From: an uncultured Candidatus Saccharibacteria bacterium
GTDB taxonomy: Bacteria; Patescibacteriota; Saccharimonadia; Saccharimonadales; Saccharimonadaceae
NCBI GenBank assembly: GCA_946406315.1
Contig: CAMJKD010000002.1
Coordinates: 62,933-126,932, forward strand
Length of the DNA stretch: 64,000 bases
Reading direction: 5' to 3'
The notes below the pieces were generated by a model. That model was not told the origin of the DNA and searched no databases. It worked only from the letters and a program-made list of their open reading frames with translations. Made by a program: the position numbers and the translations under genes. Below are positions 18,847-27,480 of the stretch, piece after piece (positions within the stretch are counted from its first letter, which is position 1; each line of letters opens with the position of its first letter).

Positions 18847-19521
18847 ATGGAAGAGGCGATAGATTTTGTCGATAAACATTATAAGTTAATAATATTTGGC
18901 GCTATTTTGGTTGGCATAGGTTTTGTCGTATGGGTGCTTGTGGCGGCGATATCTTTGGAAGTAAATAAAAAAACATACTTAACTTTGAGTTTTGCGCCAA
19001 CAGAGGCGGTACTAACGATAGATGGGGCTAATTATCGGACGGGTACGTACGAGTTTGAGCCAGGAAAATATACGGGCGAACTTCATTGTGAAGGATTCAA
19101 TTCAAAAACTATTGAAATAGACGTAAAAAGCAAGCAGGTGACTACGGTTACGGATTATTTGATCAATGAGGCGGAAGGTATGGCTTATTACGAAAAATAT
19201 GCGGCGGATATAGAGGTACTTAGATATGTAAGTAATGACGAAAACGTGAGTAACTTCTTGGATTCATACGATAAGAAATATTCATTAATGAAGTATTTGC
19301 CACTGGACGCATCTTTCGATAATCGCGCCGAAACGGGCTTCCCGAGTCAGGATTTGGTGTCCGTTAAGATAAAGAACGGTTTAATGCATAAAGACTGCGA
19401 GGGTACTCTTTGTCTAGTGATAGTGGGTCAGAAAGTTAAGGATGAAATTGTAAAAAGCGTTTTGATTGAAAAGGGTTATAAAATTGAGGATTACGAGGTG
19501 ATTTATGAAAAAGATTGGTAA
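18847..19521 (+). CDS. membrane-anchored protein with a PEGA-like domain
   Basis: N-terminal TM segment, then LTIDGANYRTGTYEFEPGKYTGELHCEGFNSKTIEIDV, which matches the PEGA pattern. Confidence 0.45.
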   Translation: MEEAIDFVDKHYKLIIFGAILVGIGFVVWVLVAAISLEVNKKTYLTLSFAPTEAVLTIDGANYRTGTYEFEPGKYTGELHCEGFNSKTIEIDVKSKQVTTVTDYLINEAEGMAYYEKYAADIEVLRYVSNDENVSNFLDSYDKKYSLMKYLPLDASFDNRAETGFPSQDLVSVKIKNGLMHKDCEGTLCLVIVGQKVKDEIVKSVLIEKGYKIEDYEVIYEKDW

Positions 19522-22500
19522 AATGTTTGGGCGCATTTTTTGCCTGTCCGCAGCTTTTATATTGTTCTTTTCGAGCGGCATGGTGACGGCTACGAGTAAT
19601 AGCAAAAACAAAGATGATTTTATTGATAAGTTTTCGCAGTATAGTATTAAGTTTTATAATCCTGATACCTGTAGTAATACGAGCGGTAGTACTTCGGCGG
19701 CGCCAGTTGGCGATAAGGCGGCCGTGAGTGGTTCGACGGCAAAAGAAAAAATATGGTCTGGTCTGAAATCGATGGGCGTTACCGATGAGGTTGCGGCTGG
19801 TATTATGGGGAATATGCAGGGTGAGAGTGGTTTTGGACCTACTCGTTACGAGAATGCGTATAAGAGCGAATGGGAGGGGCCTTTTGATTGGGAGAACGAT
19901 CCAAAAAGTGCGCACGGCGTAGGTTTAATTCAATGGTCTGGTGGTCGTCGCGTTAATTTTTTTAAATACGCGCGTGGCGTTAATAGTAGTTTAGTGGATG
20001 AGTACCTAAAAAAGCCGGGAACTTATGGCTCTTTAGATGGTGATAGTTTTATTAAAGCGGCAAAAAGCGAAGCTGACGCAGATGCCTTGTTTTCTACGGA
20101 AATTTCTTTTTTGATTGAAGAAATGAAGGGCGAGAGTTCCTATGCGCAAGTGTTTAATGAAACGACAGTATCTGGTGCGGCTGTATCATTTTCGGTAAAT
20201 GTGGAGGGATGCAGCACTTGCACGGCAACTTCAGAAAACACTAAAAATCGTAGAGAGAATGCAGAAGCGATATTTAAAGAATTCTCCGGTAAGTCTTCAT
20301 TTGGCTCAGGTTCGGCGGCGAATACTGGCGGCGGGAGCCAAGCGGCGGCTTCGGATGGTTCTGATGTAACTTGGATAGGCGACTCAATTACTGATATGGC
20401 GAAGAATGAAATATCGAGTAAGTTACCAAAAGCAGATGTGCATGCGCAGGTCAGTAAGAGCTGGTCCCACGAGTATGATTCGGGTAATACGAGTGGTCTG
20501 GATATCCTAAAAGACCTAGTTAGTAAAAACCAGTTGCGTGACAATTTAGTTTTTGCCTTAGGTACGAATGATGATGATATTTCGGAAGATTTAGTGAAGA
20601 AAATTATCGAAACGGCGCCTAGCGTGAAGCGTGTTGTGCTGGTAACTAATTATAAGATTAACGATGAGCATGCGTACGATAATAACAATAAAGCCATTAA
20701 AGCTGGGCCGACTATAGATTCGCGTTTCGTGGTTGCAGACTGGGAGCAAGCGGTCTCTTCCGATCCGGGAAAATATATTATTGCTGATAGCGATAGTGTC
20801 CATCCGACAAATGAGGGCATTCCGTTATTCGTTGAAACTATTACGAAGGCGTTGGGGAGTACTGGTGGTACGACAGTTAGTCAATCGGAAGATTGTGAAT
20901 GTGGTTCTGGCGTCAGTACTGATGGTATATGGGCTGGTCGGAAATATGATCTTACGGACGCGCAGCTTAGAGGTATAATATCGATGGTTAAGAACGAAAA
21001 CGGTGAGACGCTTGAGATGGTGAAGACCGAGGCGACGTTAATGGCTGGTGTTTACGAGTATTATAGGAAAGAACCATATACGGCTGATGGTCTCGTACAA
21101 TACTTGAGTACGCCCATTGCTGATGGCGGCTGGTTTGCGACGTGGCATAATTATGATGAGAGTTTTTCTGGTTTCTCTCAAGAAGAGTATGATGCCGTGA
21201 AAGATATTTTAGTCAATGGAAATAGGACGATGCCACCAGAAATCCTTGAGCATGACTGTATTGTTACTGAAAAATGCACTGGTGGCGTTGAGCGTGCTTT
21301 TAATGACGGTGTTGAGTTTGATATTTACGATTATTCTCAATACGTTAGTGGTAAAACGCTATTGAAGCAGGGGGGGGATTTGCACGGGCAATGGATTTTC
21401 TACAAATTCGCCGATGATCAGCTGAAGAAAGGTGATCCGTTTGGTTATTTAGAGGATAATCCGCCTTCTAATACAAATGCTCAAGCCGCAAGTTCGAAGA
21501 CTTCAAGTATCACTTTTGATGATGAGGGCTGGATTCAAGGTGGCATTGATGGTTATGTTAAAGAGCCGGCCGTAGGCACTATTATTGGATTGGATTCGTC
21601 GGCAAACCAAGATTTTCCGACCGATATGCCTAACGGTAAAGGTAAGGGTCCAAATAAGATTACGTTGCACTCTACGGAGGGGCCAAATGGTGGTGGAGGT
21701 AGCGGCTTACAGTTCTTTACGACAAATGGTGTGCCGCCGCACTTTACGATTGATATGCATGAAAAGAAGGTTTATCAGCATTTCCCTATCTATAAAACTT
21801 CGGGAGCCGTGAAGGCTCACGACGATACGGCGGGTATCCAGATTGAGATTATTGGCTACTCGGATGCGGCTTTGGCGGAGAGTAAAGGGCAATCGAAATG
21901 GATTTTGGCAACTGGTTTTGAGGATAATGAAATAGATTATCTAGCGGAGTTATTGATTGGTCTAGGCTCCGCTACTGGTATTCCGATGGAAAGTACCGTT
22001 GACTGGTCGGGTGGTTCAACTCCGGTACGTATGACGGACGTAAATGAATTCAAGGATTATAAGGGTATCTTAGGGCACCGTCATGTGCCAGATAACGATC
22101 ACTGGGATCCGGATGGTTTATGGGATAAATTGAAGGCTGCGCTTGGGCGTAAAAATACTCCTGCTTACGGTGGTTGTTCAGTAAGTGCGGCGTCGGGTGA
22201 TGTGGCTGCCTTGCAGAATTTAGTTTTAAAATGGGCTTGGCCGCAGTATGAGTCAAATAAGACAGCCAAGAAGCCGGAATATGACGCAGATATTAAAAAA
22301 TCGAAATATACTGGTGATAGTTGCTATGGTGGCGGTGTTGACTGTGGCGGTTTTGTGTATTCTTTAGTCACGTTGAGTGGTTGGGATCCGGATTTGCCAA
22401 CTGGTCCAACGCATGATATGCTGGCTGCACTGAATACTTCGACGACTTGGAAGGAAGTCACTTCGCAAATTCATTCGAATAAAGATGCGAAACCGGGCGA

Positions 22501-22672
22501 TATTATTATTAAAGATGGTCATGTCTTGATATTCGTTGGTAAAATTAATGGATTTGGTAGCGAAATGGCGTCAGCGTCACAGTGTGATCGTGCACCAATG
22601 GCGGATCGTGCGGATGATATTACTAATTACACCAACCAACCTGTGTATCATGTATTTAGAAAGGTAAAATAA
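19505..22672 (+). CDS. secreted multidomain peptidoglycan hydrolase (lysozyme-like + SGNH esterase + amidase_2 + NlpC/P60)
   Basis: Signal peptide; GIMGNMQGESGFG...GVGLIQWSGGRR (phage-tail-lysozyme-like, aa 80-260); VTWIGDSIT...GTNDD...DSVHPT (SGNH, aa 285-450); ITLHSTEG...GHRHVPDNDHWDPD (amidase_2, aa 715-875); VDCGGFVYSL...GHVLIFVG (NlpC/P60 Cys/His, aa 895-1055). Confidence 0.8.
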   Translation: MKKIGKMFGRIFCLSAAFILFFSSGMVTATSNSKNKDDFIDKFSQYSIKFYNPDTCSNTSGSTSAAPVGDKAAVSGSTAKEKIWSGLKSMGVTDEVAAGIMGNMQGESGFGPTRYENAYKSEWEGPFDWENDPKSAHGVGLIQWSGGRRVNFFKYARGVNSSLVDEYLKKPGTYGSLDGDSFIKAAKSEADADALFSTEISFLIEEMKGESSYAQVFNETTVSGAAVSFSVNVEGCSTCTATSENTKNRRENAEAIFKEFSGKSSFGSGSAANTGGGSQAAASDGSDVTWIGDSITDMAKNEISSKLPKADVHAQVSKSWSHEYDSGNTSGLDILKDLVSKNQLRDNLVFALGTNDDDISEDLVKKIIETAPSVKRVVLVTNYKINDEHAYDNNNKAIKAGPTIDSRFVVADWEQAVSSDPGKYIIADSDSVHPTNEGIPLFVETITKALGSTGGTTVSQSEDCECGSGVSTDGIWAGRKYDLTDAQLRGIISMVKNENGETLEMVKTEATLMAGVYEYYRKEPYTADGLVQYLSTPIADGGWFATWHNYDESFSGFSQEEYDAVKDILVNGNRTMPPEILEHDCIVTEKCTGGVERAFNDGVEFDIYDYSQYVSGKTLLKQGGDLHGQWIFYKFADDQLKKGDPFGYLEDNPPSNTNAQAASSKTSSITFDDEGWIQGGIDGYVKEPAVGTIIGLDSSANQDFPTDMPNGKGKGPNKITLHSTEGPNGGGGSGLQFFTTNGVPPHFTIDMHEKKVYQHFPIYKTSGAVKAHDDTAGIQIEIIGYSDAALAESKGQSKWILATGFEDNEIDYLAELLIGLGSATGIPMESTVDWSGGSTPVRMTDVNEFKDYKGILGHRHVPDNDHWDPDGLWDKLKAALGRKNTPAYGGCSVSAASGDVAALQNLVLKWAWPQYESNKTAKKPEYDADIKKSKYTGDSCYGGGVDCGGFVYSLVTLSGWDPDLPTGPTHDMLAALNTSTTWKEVTSQIHSNKDAKPGDIIIKDGHVLIFVGKINGFGSEMASASQCDRAPMADRADDITNYTNQPVYHVFRKVK

Positions 22673-22673
22673 T

Positions 22674-23390
22674 ATGCAAAATGAAACTACACTGATTAAA
22701 AATCGTAAGAAAATAGTTGTTGTATTATTAATTATTGCATTTGTAGTTATTTCTAGTTTGTTTATTATACGGGGGCTAGATAATAGAAGCATAATTGAGA
22801 ACTTGGATTCGGCAAAGTTGAGTTCTTTAAATAGAGAAGAATTAAATCAGATTGAACGGCTATTAAGAACTATGCTGAAAAGTAACTATGGATTGAAAGA
22901 TGATGCTTTGGAGAAAGTGAAAGCGGTGGCGCGCGAAAATTCAATGAAGATAGAACGCGATGAAAAAACTAAGAAAGTAAAGGCAGCAAAGTTCTTAATT
23001 GATTTAAACGATCCAAAGCTTACTTATGAGGTGGCTTTTAATAACGGGTTTAGCGATATGACTTTTACTTGTCCAGAATTAGGTTTGATGCAAGATGTGA
23101 ACGTATTCTGTATTGGTACCGATAAACAATCAACTATTGATGTAGCGCTTGATAAATATTTACCATATCGTGCAACTACAAAGAATGGCACGTTCTTTTC
23201 GGTTTGGCACGATTACGATGATGATAATAATCCGCGCATCGAGATGTATGCTAGTATTTGCGGTGATGAGGCGAAGGGTCAGGAGGTGTTGAGCACCGTT
23301 AAGACTTGGATTAAGGAAAAAGGCGTAAATCCAGATTCGATTCCGATTAACTATCAGTCATCGTATTGCGACCACGGTTCCGATGATTAG
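22674..23390 (+). CDS. membrane-anchored hypothetical protein
   Basis: 238-aa ORF starting 2 nt after the hydrolase stop codon, with an N-terminal TM segment. Confidence 0.45.
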   Translation: MQNETTLIKNRKKIVVVLLIIAFVVISSLFIIRGLDNRSIIENLDSAKLSSLNREELNQIERLLRTMLKSNYGLKDDALEKVKAVARENSMKIERDEKTKKVKAAKFLIDLNDPKLTYEVAFNNGFSDMTFTCPELGLMQDVNVFCIGTDKQSTIDVALDKYLPYRATTKNGTFFSVWHDYDDDNNPRIEMYASICGDEAKGQEVLSTVKTWIKEKGVNPDSIPINYQSSYCDHGSDD

Positions 23391-23811
23391 GATTATTGCG
23401 GGAGGCAAAAAGCACGTTAGTTGGCTGGCGGAAGCTTGCGCCGAGTATGAGAAGCGTTTACGTAAGCCGTGGGCGATAGAGTGGCAGTTTGTCGATGAAG
23501 ATAAGCTAGATGTACGCGTAGCGCGTTTAAAACCAGATGATTTTATGGTTTTACTGGACGAGAATGGTCAGATTTTGAGTTCGCCAGAACTATGCCAGAG
23601 GATGAAGCCGCCACTAGAGTCCGGACGTGACGTGGTGGTAGTGATTGGCGGTGCCTTTGGGCATTTCTCGCCAGACATTTTGAGCCGAGCGAATGTGATT
23701 TGGAGTTTATCAAAATTAGTCTTTCCGCATCAGATTTGTCGTTTAATTGTGACGGAGCAGATTTATCGAGCGCAAGAAATATATCTTGGACACGCTTATC
23801 ATCATGAATAA
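23383..23811 (+). CDS. rlmH: 23S rRNA (pseudouridine1915-N3)-methyltransferase RlmH
   Basis: SPOUT-type protein of 142 aa. The C-terminus SLSKLVFPHQICRLIVTEQIYRAQEIYLGHAYHHE is typical of RlmH. Confidence 0.85.
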   Translation: MIRIIAGGKKHVSWLAEACAEYEKRLRKPWAIEWQFVDEDKLDVRVARLKPDDFMVLLDENGQILSSPELCQRMKPPLESGRDVVVVIGGAFGHFSPDILSRANVIWSLSKLVFPHQICRLIVTEQIYRAQEIYLGHAYHHE

Positions 23812-23838
23812 ATAAGGTTCGGTTGTAGTGAGGCGAAG

Positions 23839-24042
23839 ATGAGAAAGGTTTTCAAAATAGTAGCAATTATGTCCGGAATTGCTCTTGCAGCTTTAGTTGG
23901 TGTGGTTTACTGCATTTCTACTAAAGTTGAAGATGGTTTGGTTAGTCCGGTTTTAATTCCGTTTGTATTAGTGCAGCTTGTGCTAATTATGATTTTGATT
24001 GCAGCTTTGTTTATTTTGTGCTTGCCGCCGAAAAAGCAATAA
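23839..24042 (+). CDS. small membrane protein
   Basis: 67 aa with two hydrophobic helices. Confidence 0.35.
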   Translation: MRKVFKIVAIMSGIALAALVGVVYCISTKVEDGLVSPVLIPFVLVQLVLIMILIAALFILCLPPKKQ

Positions 24043-24081
24043 ATGGCAAATATTTGCTAATTATTCTATAATATTACAGAG

Positions 24082-25131
24082 ATGGCTAATGTTTTTGATT
24101 ACATAGAACAGTATGGTAATGTTCGATTTGAAGATAAAGAATTTAATGAAGTGGATAACCTGATTTTTTCTGTGCTTGCCTATTTGGATTTTACGCATAC
24201 TAGGATTAATGATAATTGTTACTCACTTGAGGAAATTGGTCGCGAATACCTGCGCAAACATACACTAAAAGAGGCGCGTCGGTTGGGCATTGCAATTGGC
24301 ACAGCTTATGAGATTTTGAACATCATAGTCGAGAAAGAGCGGTATCGACATCTACGCGTATCGAATTATGTTTATGACACGAAGCGCGATATGCAATTCT
24401 CGGCGATGACCTTTCGAGTGACGCGAGGATTAGAGTATATTGCGTTTGAGGGTACAGACCAACTAATTAGTGGTTGGCGAGAAGATTTTGAGATGGCCTG
24501 CTCTTTTCCTGTACCGTCACATATTGAGGCGACAAAGTATCTGAACGAACATGTGCGTTTGTTTGGTCCAAAAGTGATTGTAGGCGGTCATTCTAAAGGT
24601 GGTAATTTAGCCTTAGTTGCGCCGATGTTTATGAGTCGCTTGAAGCGTCGACGCGTAAAGAAAATTTACAATAATGATGGTCCAGGTTTACGTCGAAAAG
24701 AATTTGAGTCCGAGGCTTATGCAAATATCCTGAATAAATATGTACATATCGTGCCACATTGCACGATTGTGGGTGCTATGATGCGCAACAGCAATTATGT
24801 AGTGATTAAGTCGGATAAAGAGAATATTTTGGGTCATTCGGCTGCAACTTGGCAGGTAACAGACGACCATTTTACGCGCGCAAAACGTTCGGAACATAGC
24901 TTAGAGATGGAGCGCCGTTTGTGGTCTTGGCTCGATAAGCACGATGATGCGGATCGCAAAAAAGTTCTAGAGGCGGTATTTGGCACGATTGAAGGCTGCG
25001 ATATTCTTGATACGATGTCGTTATTGAAATTTCGCACAATCGTGAAAGTAATTCGTCAGGCTAAAGACTTGGATAAAGAAAGCAAAGATTTAGTAATTGG
25101 TTTATTCAAGGAAATTGCGCTAAAAAAATAG
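24082..25131 (+). CDS. Mbeg1-like (DUF2974) alpha/beta hydrolase
   Basis: The N-terminus VFDYIEQYGNVRFEDKEFNEVDNLIFSVLAYLDF and the nucleophile elbow GGHSKGGNLA are characteristic of the family. Confidence 0.6.
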   Translation: MANVFDYIEQYGNVRFEDKEFNEVDNLIFSVLAYLDFTHTRINDNCYSLEEIGREYLRKHTLKEARRLGIAIGTAYEILNIIVEKERYRHLRVSNYVYDTKRDMQFSAMTFRVTRGLEYIAFEGTDQLISGWREDFEMACSFPVPSHIEATKYLNEHVRLFGPKVIVGGHSKGGNLALVAPMFMSRLKRRRVKKIYNNDGPGLRRKEFESEAYANILNKYVHIVPHCTIVGAMMRNSNYVVIKSDKENILGHSAATWQVTDDHFTRAKRSEHSLEMERRLWSWLDKHDDADRKKVLEAVFGTIEGCDILDTMSLLKFRTIVKVIRQAKDLDKESKDLVIGLFKEIALKK

Positions 25132-25231
25132 TGCCAACCTACCCCTCACGGTTGGCGCCAACGAATGGGTAGATTAGAATAATAGTATTTTTATTATAGC
25201 ACAGATTATGCTAAAAGTCAATGTTTCGGTG

Positions 25232-25259
25232 TTGACTTTTGGTCAATGTGTTCTATAAT
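25232..25259 (+). promoter_or_regulatory. near-consensus sigma70-type promoter
   Basis: TTGACT, a 16-nt spacer, then TATAAT. Confidence 0.4.
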
Positions 25260-25320
25260 AGTGATATTACAGTTATTCTTCGGAATTATTCTGATTGTTC
25301 TTTTTCAAGGAGGTTTAGTT

Positions 25321-25428
25321 ATGTCTACGTGTAATGATAGTTTTGGCGGAGCGTCGTCTTTTTGCGACAATGTTGAAGGGGAGTTTATACGGAAATTTTT
25401 AGACGCTTTTTTCTGTTTGAAACACTGA
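25321..25428 (+). CDS. 35-aa Cys-containing peptide
   Basis: The AAGGAGG RBS lies 7 nt upstream of the ATG. The peptide reads MSTCNDSFGGASSFCDNVEGEFIRKFLDAFFCLKH. Coding status is unproven. Confidence 0.3.
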   Translation: MSTCNDSFGGASSFCDNVEGEFIRKFLDAFFCLKH

Positions 25429-25550
25429 GAAGAAAGTTCTTCTATGGCAATTTCGATTGCAAAGAATGTAAAGAAGAATATGAAGAGAGGATTGGCGATT
25501 TTTTCACAAAGCTCAGACTTCCTAAGCTTTGCATTTCTGGAGATGCCGAT

Positions 25551-25856
25551 TTGGCGTTAGTGTCAATCGGTGTCAATGATCCCGATCACTGGGGGTCTGG
25601 TGCCTACATTTTTTTGGTAGATAGCAAATATGCAGATGACTTCAAGGAAGTCGGTGAGACTGCATTGGAGGAGTACTTCAGGGAAATTTGCTTCTATCGA
25701 CTGGTAACTGATATTGTCGATTGCGCTGATTTTGTGAGGATGAAAATTATTCGATATGCTCTCGAGCGCAATGCTGCCGTGTATCGGGAATTTTGTCCCG
25801 CCTTTTTCGACAGGAGCCAGAGAAGACTTCATATCTATGAAGAAATAGCCACGTAA
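25551..25856 (+). CDS. hypothetical protein (start uncertain)
   Basis: The frame is open from 25377 with no ATG, and upstream it encodes FYGNFDCKECKEEYEERIGDFF. This may be a frameshifted continuation of the peptide ORF. Confidence 0.35.
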   Translation: MALVSIGVNDPDHWGSGAYIFLVDSKYADDFKEVGETALEEYFREICFYRLVTDIVDCADFVRMKIIRYALERNAAVYREFCPAFFDRSQRRLHIYEEIAT

Positions 25857-25879
25857 TAAACTGTTAACTATGACTCTGT

Positions 25880-25911
25880 GACCCCACTCTTTTTGGAGAG
25901 GGGTCTTTTTT
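25880..25911 (+). terminator. intrinsic terminator
   Basis: GACCCCACTC-TTTTTG-GAGAGGGGTC followed by TTTTTT. Confidence 0.6.
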
Positions 25912-25961
25912 GTATTTGTGATCCCCTGCTAGGTCGGGGGCTGTATAGGTGTGATAATATA

Positions 25962-26489
25962 TTACTCAATTTTACGGCAATTTTTCCATTGAAAAATGGC
26001 GCCGACGGCGGCGAGCGCGATAAACAGAACTGGATACCATTCCGGTTTGCTCGTGTTCAGTAGGATGAGTGCATTGGTGGCAATAAGTGTGGCGCCTTGG
26101 ACGGAAGTAGCGAGGATAATCATCGGTTTAATTAGCCAGACGCCAACAACGCCAGCGACTACGCCGACTGCAACTGCTATAGCTGGTAAAGTCCAGTCTG
26201 TTATGGGACCGAAGTTTTCTATCATTGACCAGCCGAAGGCGACGCCAACCGTGACGAAGACGGCGAATTTTTCGATGGTCATACCGAACATACCAAGAAC
26301 GAGACCGCCGGCACACTCAAGAATGAGTTGCCAGGTTTGATCGGCGGTGATTTTATCGATAAAGAGCGAGACTAGCCAGAAGCCGACAATGAACCAGATG
26401 ATGGTAATGGCGATTTTTTTGACGCGGTAACCGAAGAATAAGAGGAAAAATCCTACGATTAAGGCAATAATTGCGGTTGGTATTTCCAT
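25962..26489 (-). CDS. integral membrane protein
   Basis: 175 aa with 5-6 TM segments. Confidence 0.5.
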   Translation of the reverse strand: MEIPTAIIALIVGFFLLFFGYRVKKIAITIIWFIVGFWLVSLFIDKITADQTWQLILECAGGLVLGMFGMTIEKFAVFVTVGVAFGWSMIENFGPITDWTLPAIAVAVGVVAGVVGVWLIKPMIILATSVQGATLIATNALILLNTSKPEWYPVLFIALAAVGAIFQWKNCRKIE

Positions 26490-26498
26490 AGAACTCCT

Positions 26499-27416
26499 TT
26501 ATTTAATTAATATTATACCAATTACGGCTAACGTAGTAGCAATTAAGTGCGCTACAACGACATGGCGGCTGAGTTCTTCGCGGCCGAACTTTGGCCAAAT
26601 AGCGGTTAGGATGATGCCGAGCATGAAAGTAAAGATGAGTTCGAGTACGCTGTAAGTAACGGATACGAGCGAGGCGACACCAATAATTAGTGCGTAGCGG
26701 CTGAGAAGCTCGGCGATGACACAAATTATTTGATTGAAACCTACCGTTAGGGCGAATTGCCATTTTTTGCGGCGCCAAATATATTTCATGCGTTGTTTCC
26801 AGTCGGAATGCGTAGCATAAAGTACGATATCCGAGACGCCGCGACCAATGAGGAAATAGAAGAAAATGCTTGGAAAATCATACATTTCACCTACGCGTGT
26901 CGAAAGGATGCCACTAATGGCGCAGAGGAAGACATAGATGATAAAAAGCAAAGCGGCGCTGAATGCAATACGGCGACTGCGCGGGCGTTTGCGTGAAAAC
27001 AAAATGACGGCTGGTGCGGTCGTAATAATGATGAAGCCCATGAGCTGGAGCGGCGTAATTGACTCGCCGAAGATGAGCCAATCCGCAAAGAGGTAGACTA
27101 CCGGTATTAGCTGACAAAAGATAGAAGCGCTGGTCGACTCTGCTTGGCTAAGCGCAAGATAATATGGAATAGAGGCAATTGAACTAGTAATGCCCGATAA
27201 AAGTACTAGAGCAATATGCTCGATTTGAATGTTTTTGATGCCAAATATAAGAAAGGTCAAGGCAGCAAAAAACAGGTAACTAATGCCATTGAAGATTTTC
27301 ATCGATTGAGGCTTTTTGCCCTTAAAGATGACGTCTGTGATGTAGTTATCGATAAAGGTGCTAAACGACCAGATTAGAGCAACTATGACGCATAAAAATA
27401 GCCACAACATATGCAA
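26499..27416 (-). CDS. DMT-superfamily (EamA-like) transporter
   Basis: 305 aa, 10 TM segments arranged as two 5-TM halves. Confidence 0.5.
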   Translation of the reverse strand: MHMLWLFLCVIVALIWSFSTFIDNYITDVIFKGKKPQSMKIFNGISYLFFAALTFLIFGIKNIQIEHIALVLLSGITSSIASIPYYLALSQAESTSASIFCQLIPVVYLFADWLIFGESITPLQLMGFIIITTAPAVILFSRKRPRSRRIAFSAALLFIIYVFLCAISGILSTRVGEMYDFPSIFFYFLIGRGVSDIVLYATHSDWKQRMKYIWRRKKWQFALTVGFNQIICVIAELLSRYALIIGVASLVSVTYSVLELIFTFMLGIILTAIWPKFGREELSRHVVVAHLIATTLAVIGIILIK

Positions 27417-27480
27417 TTATTATACATGAGCGTTTTAGATTTATGTGATACAATATTCTTATGCTAATGTGGGCTATTAT

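Noticed and set aside
19436-19915. 159-aa ORF antisense to the start of the hydrolase gene, along with other antisense ORFs inside long genes (for example 20140-20544, 39040-39420, 42823-43167).
   Set aside because: They are embedded opposite strongly supported genes and have Arg/Ser/Leu-rich shadow composition.
25133-25157. Hairpin GCCAACC...GGTTGGC after the DUF2974 gene, considered as a terminator.
   Set aside because: No T-run follows the stem.
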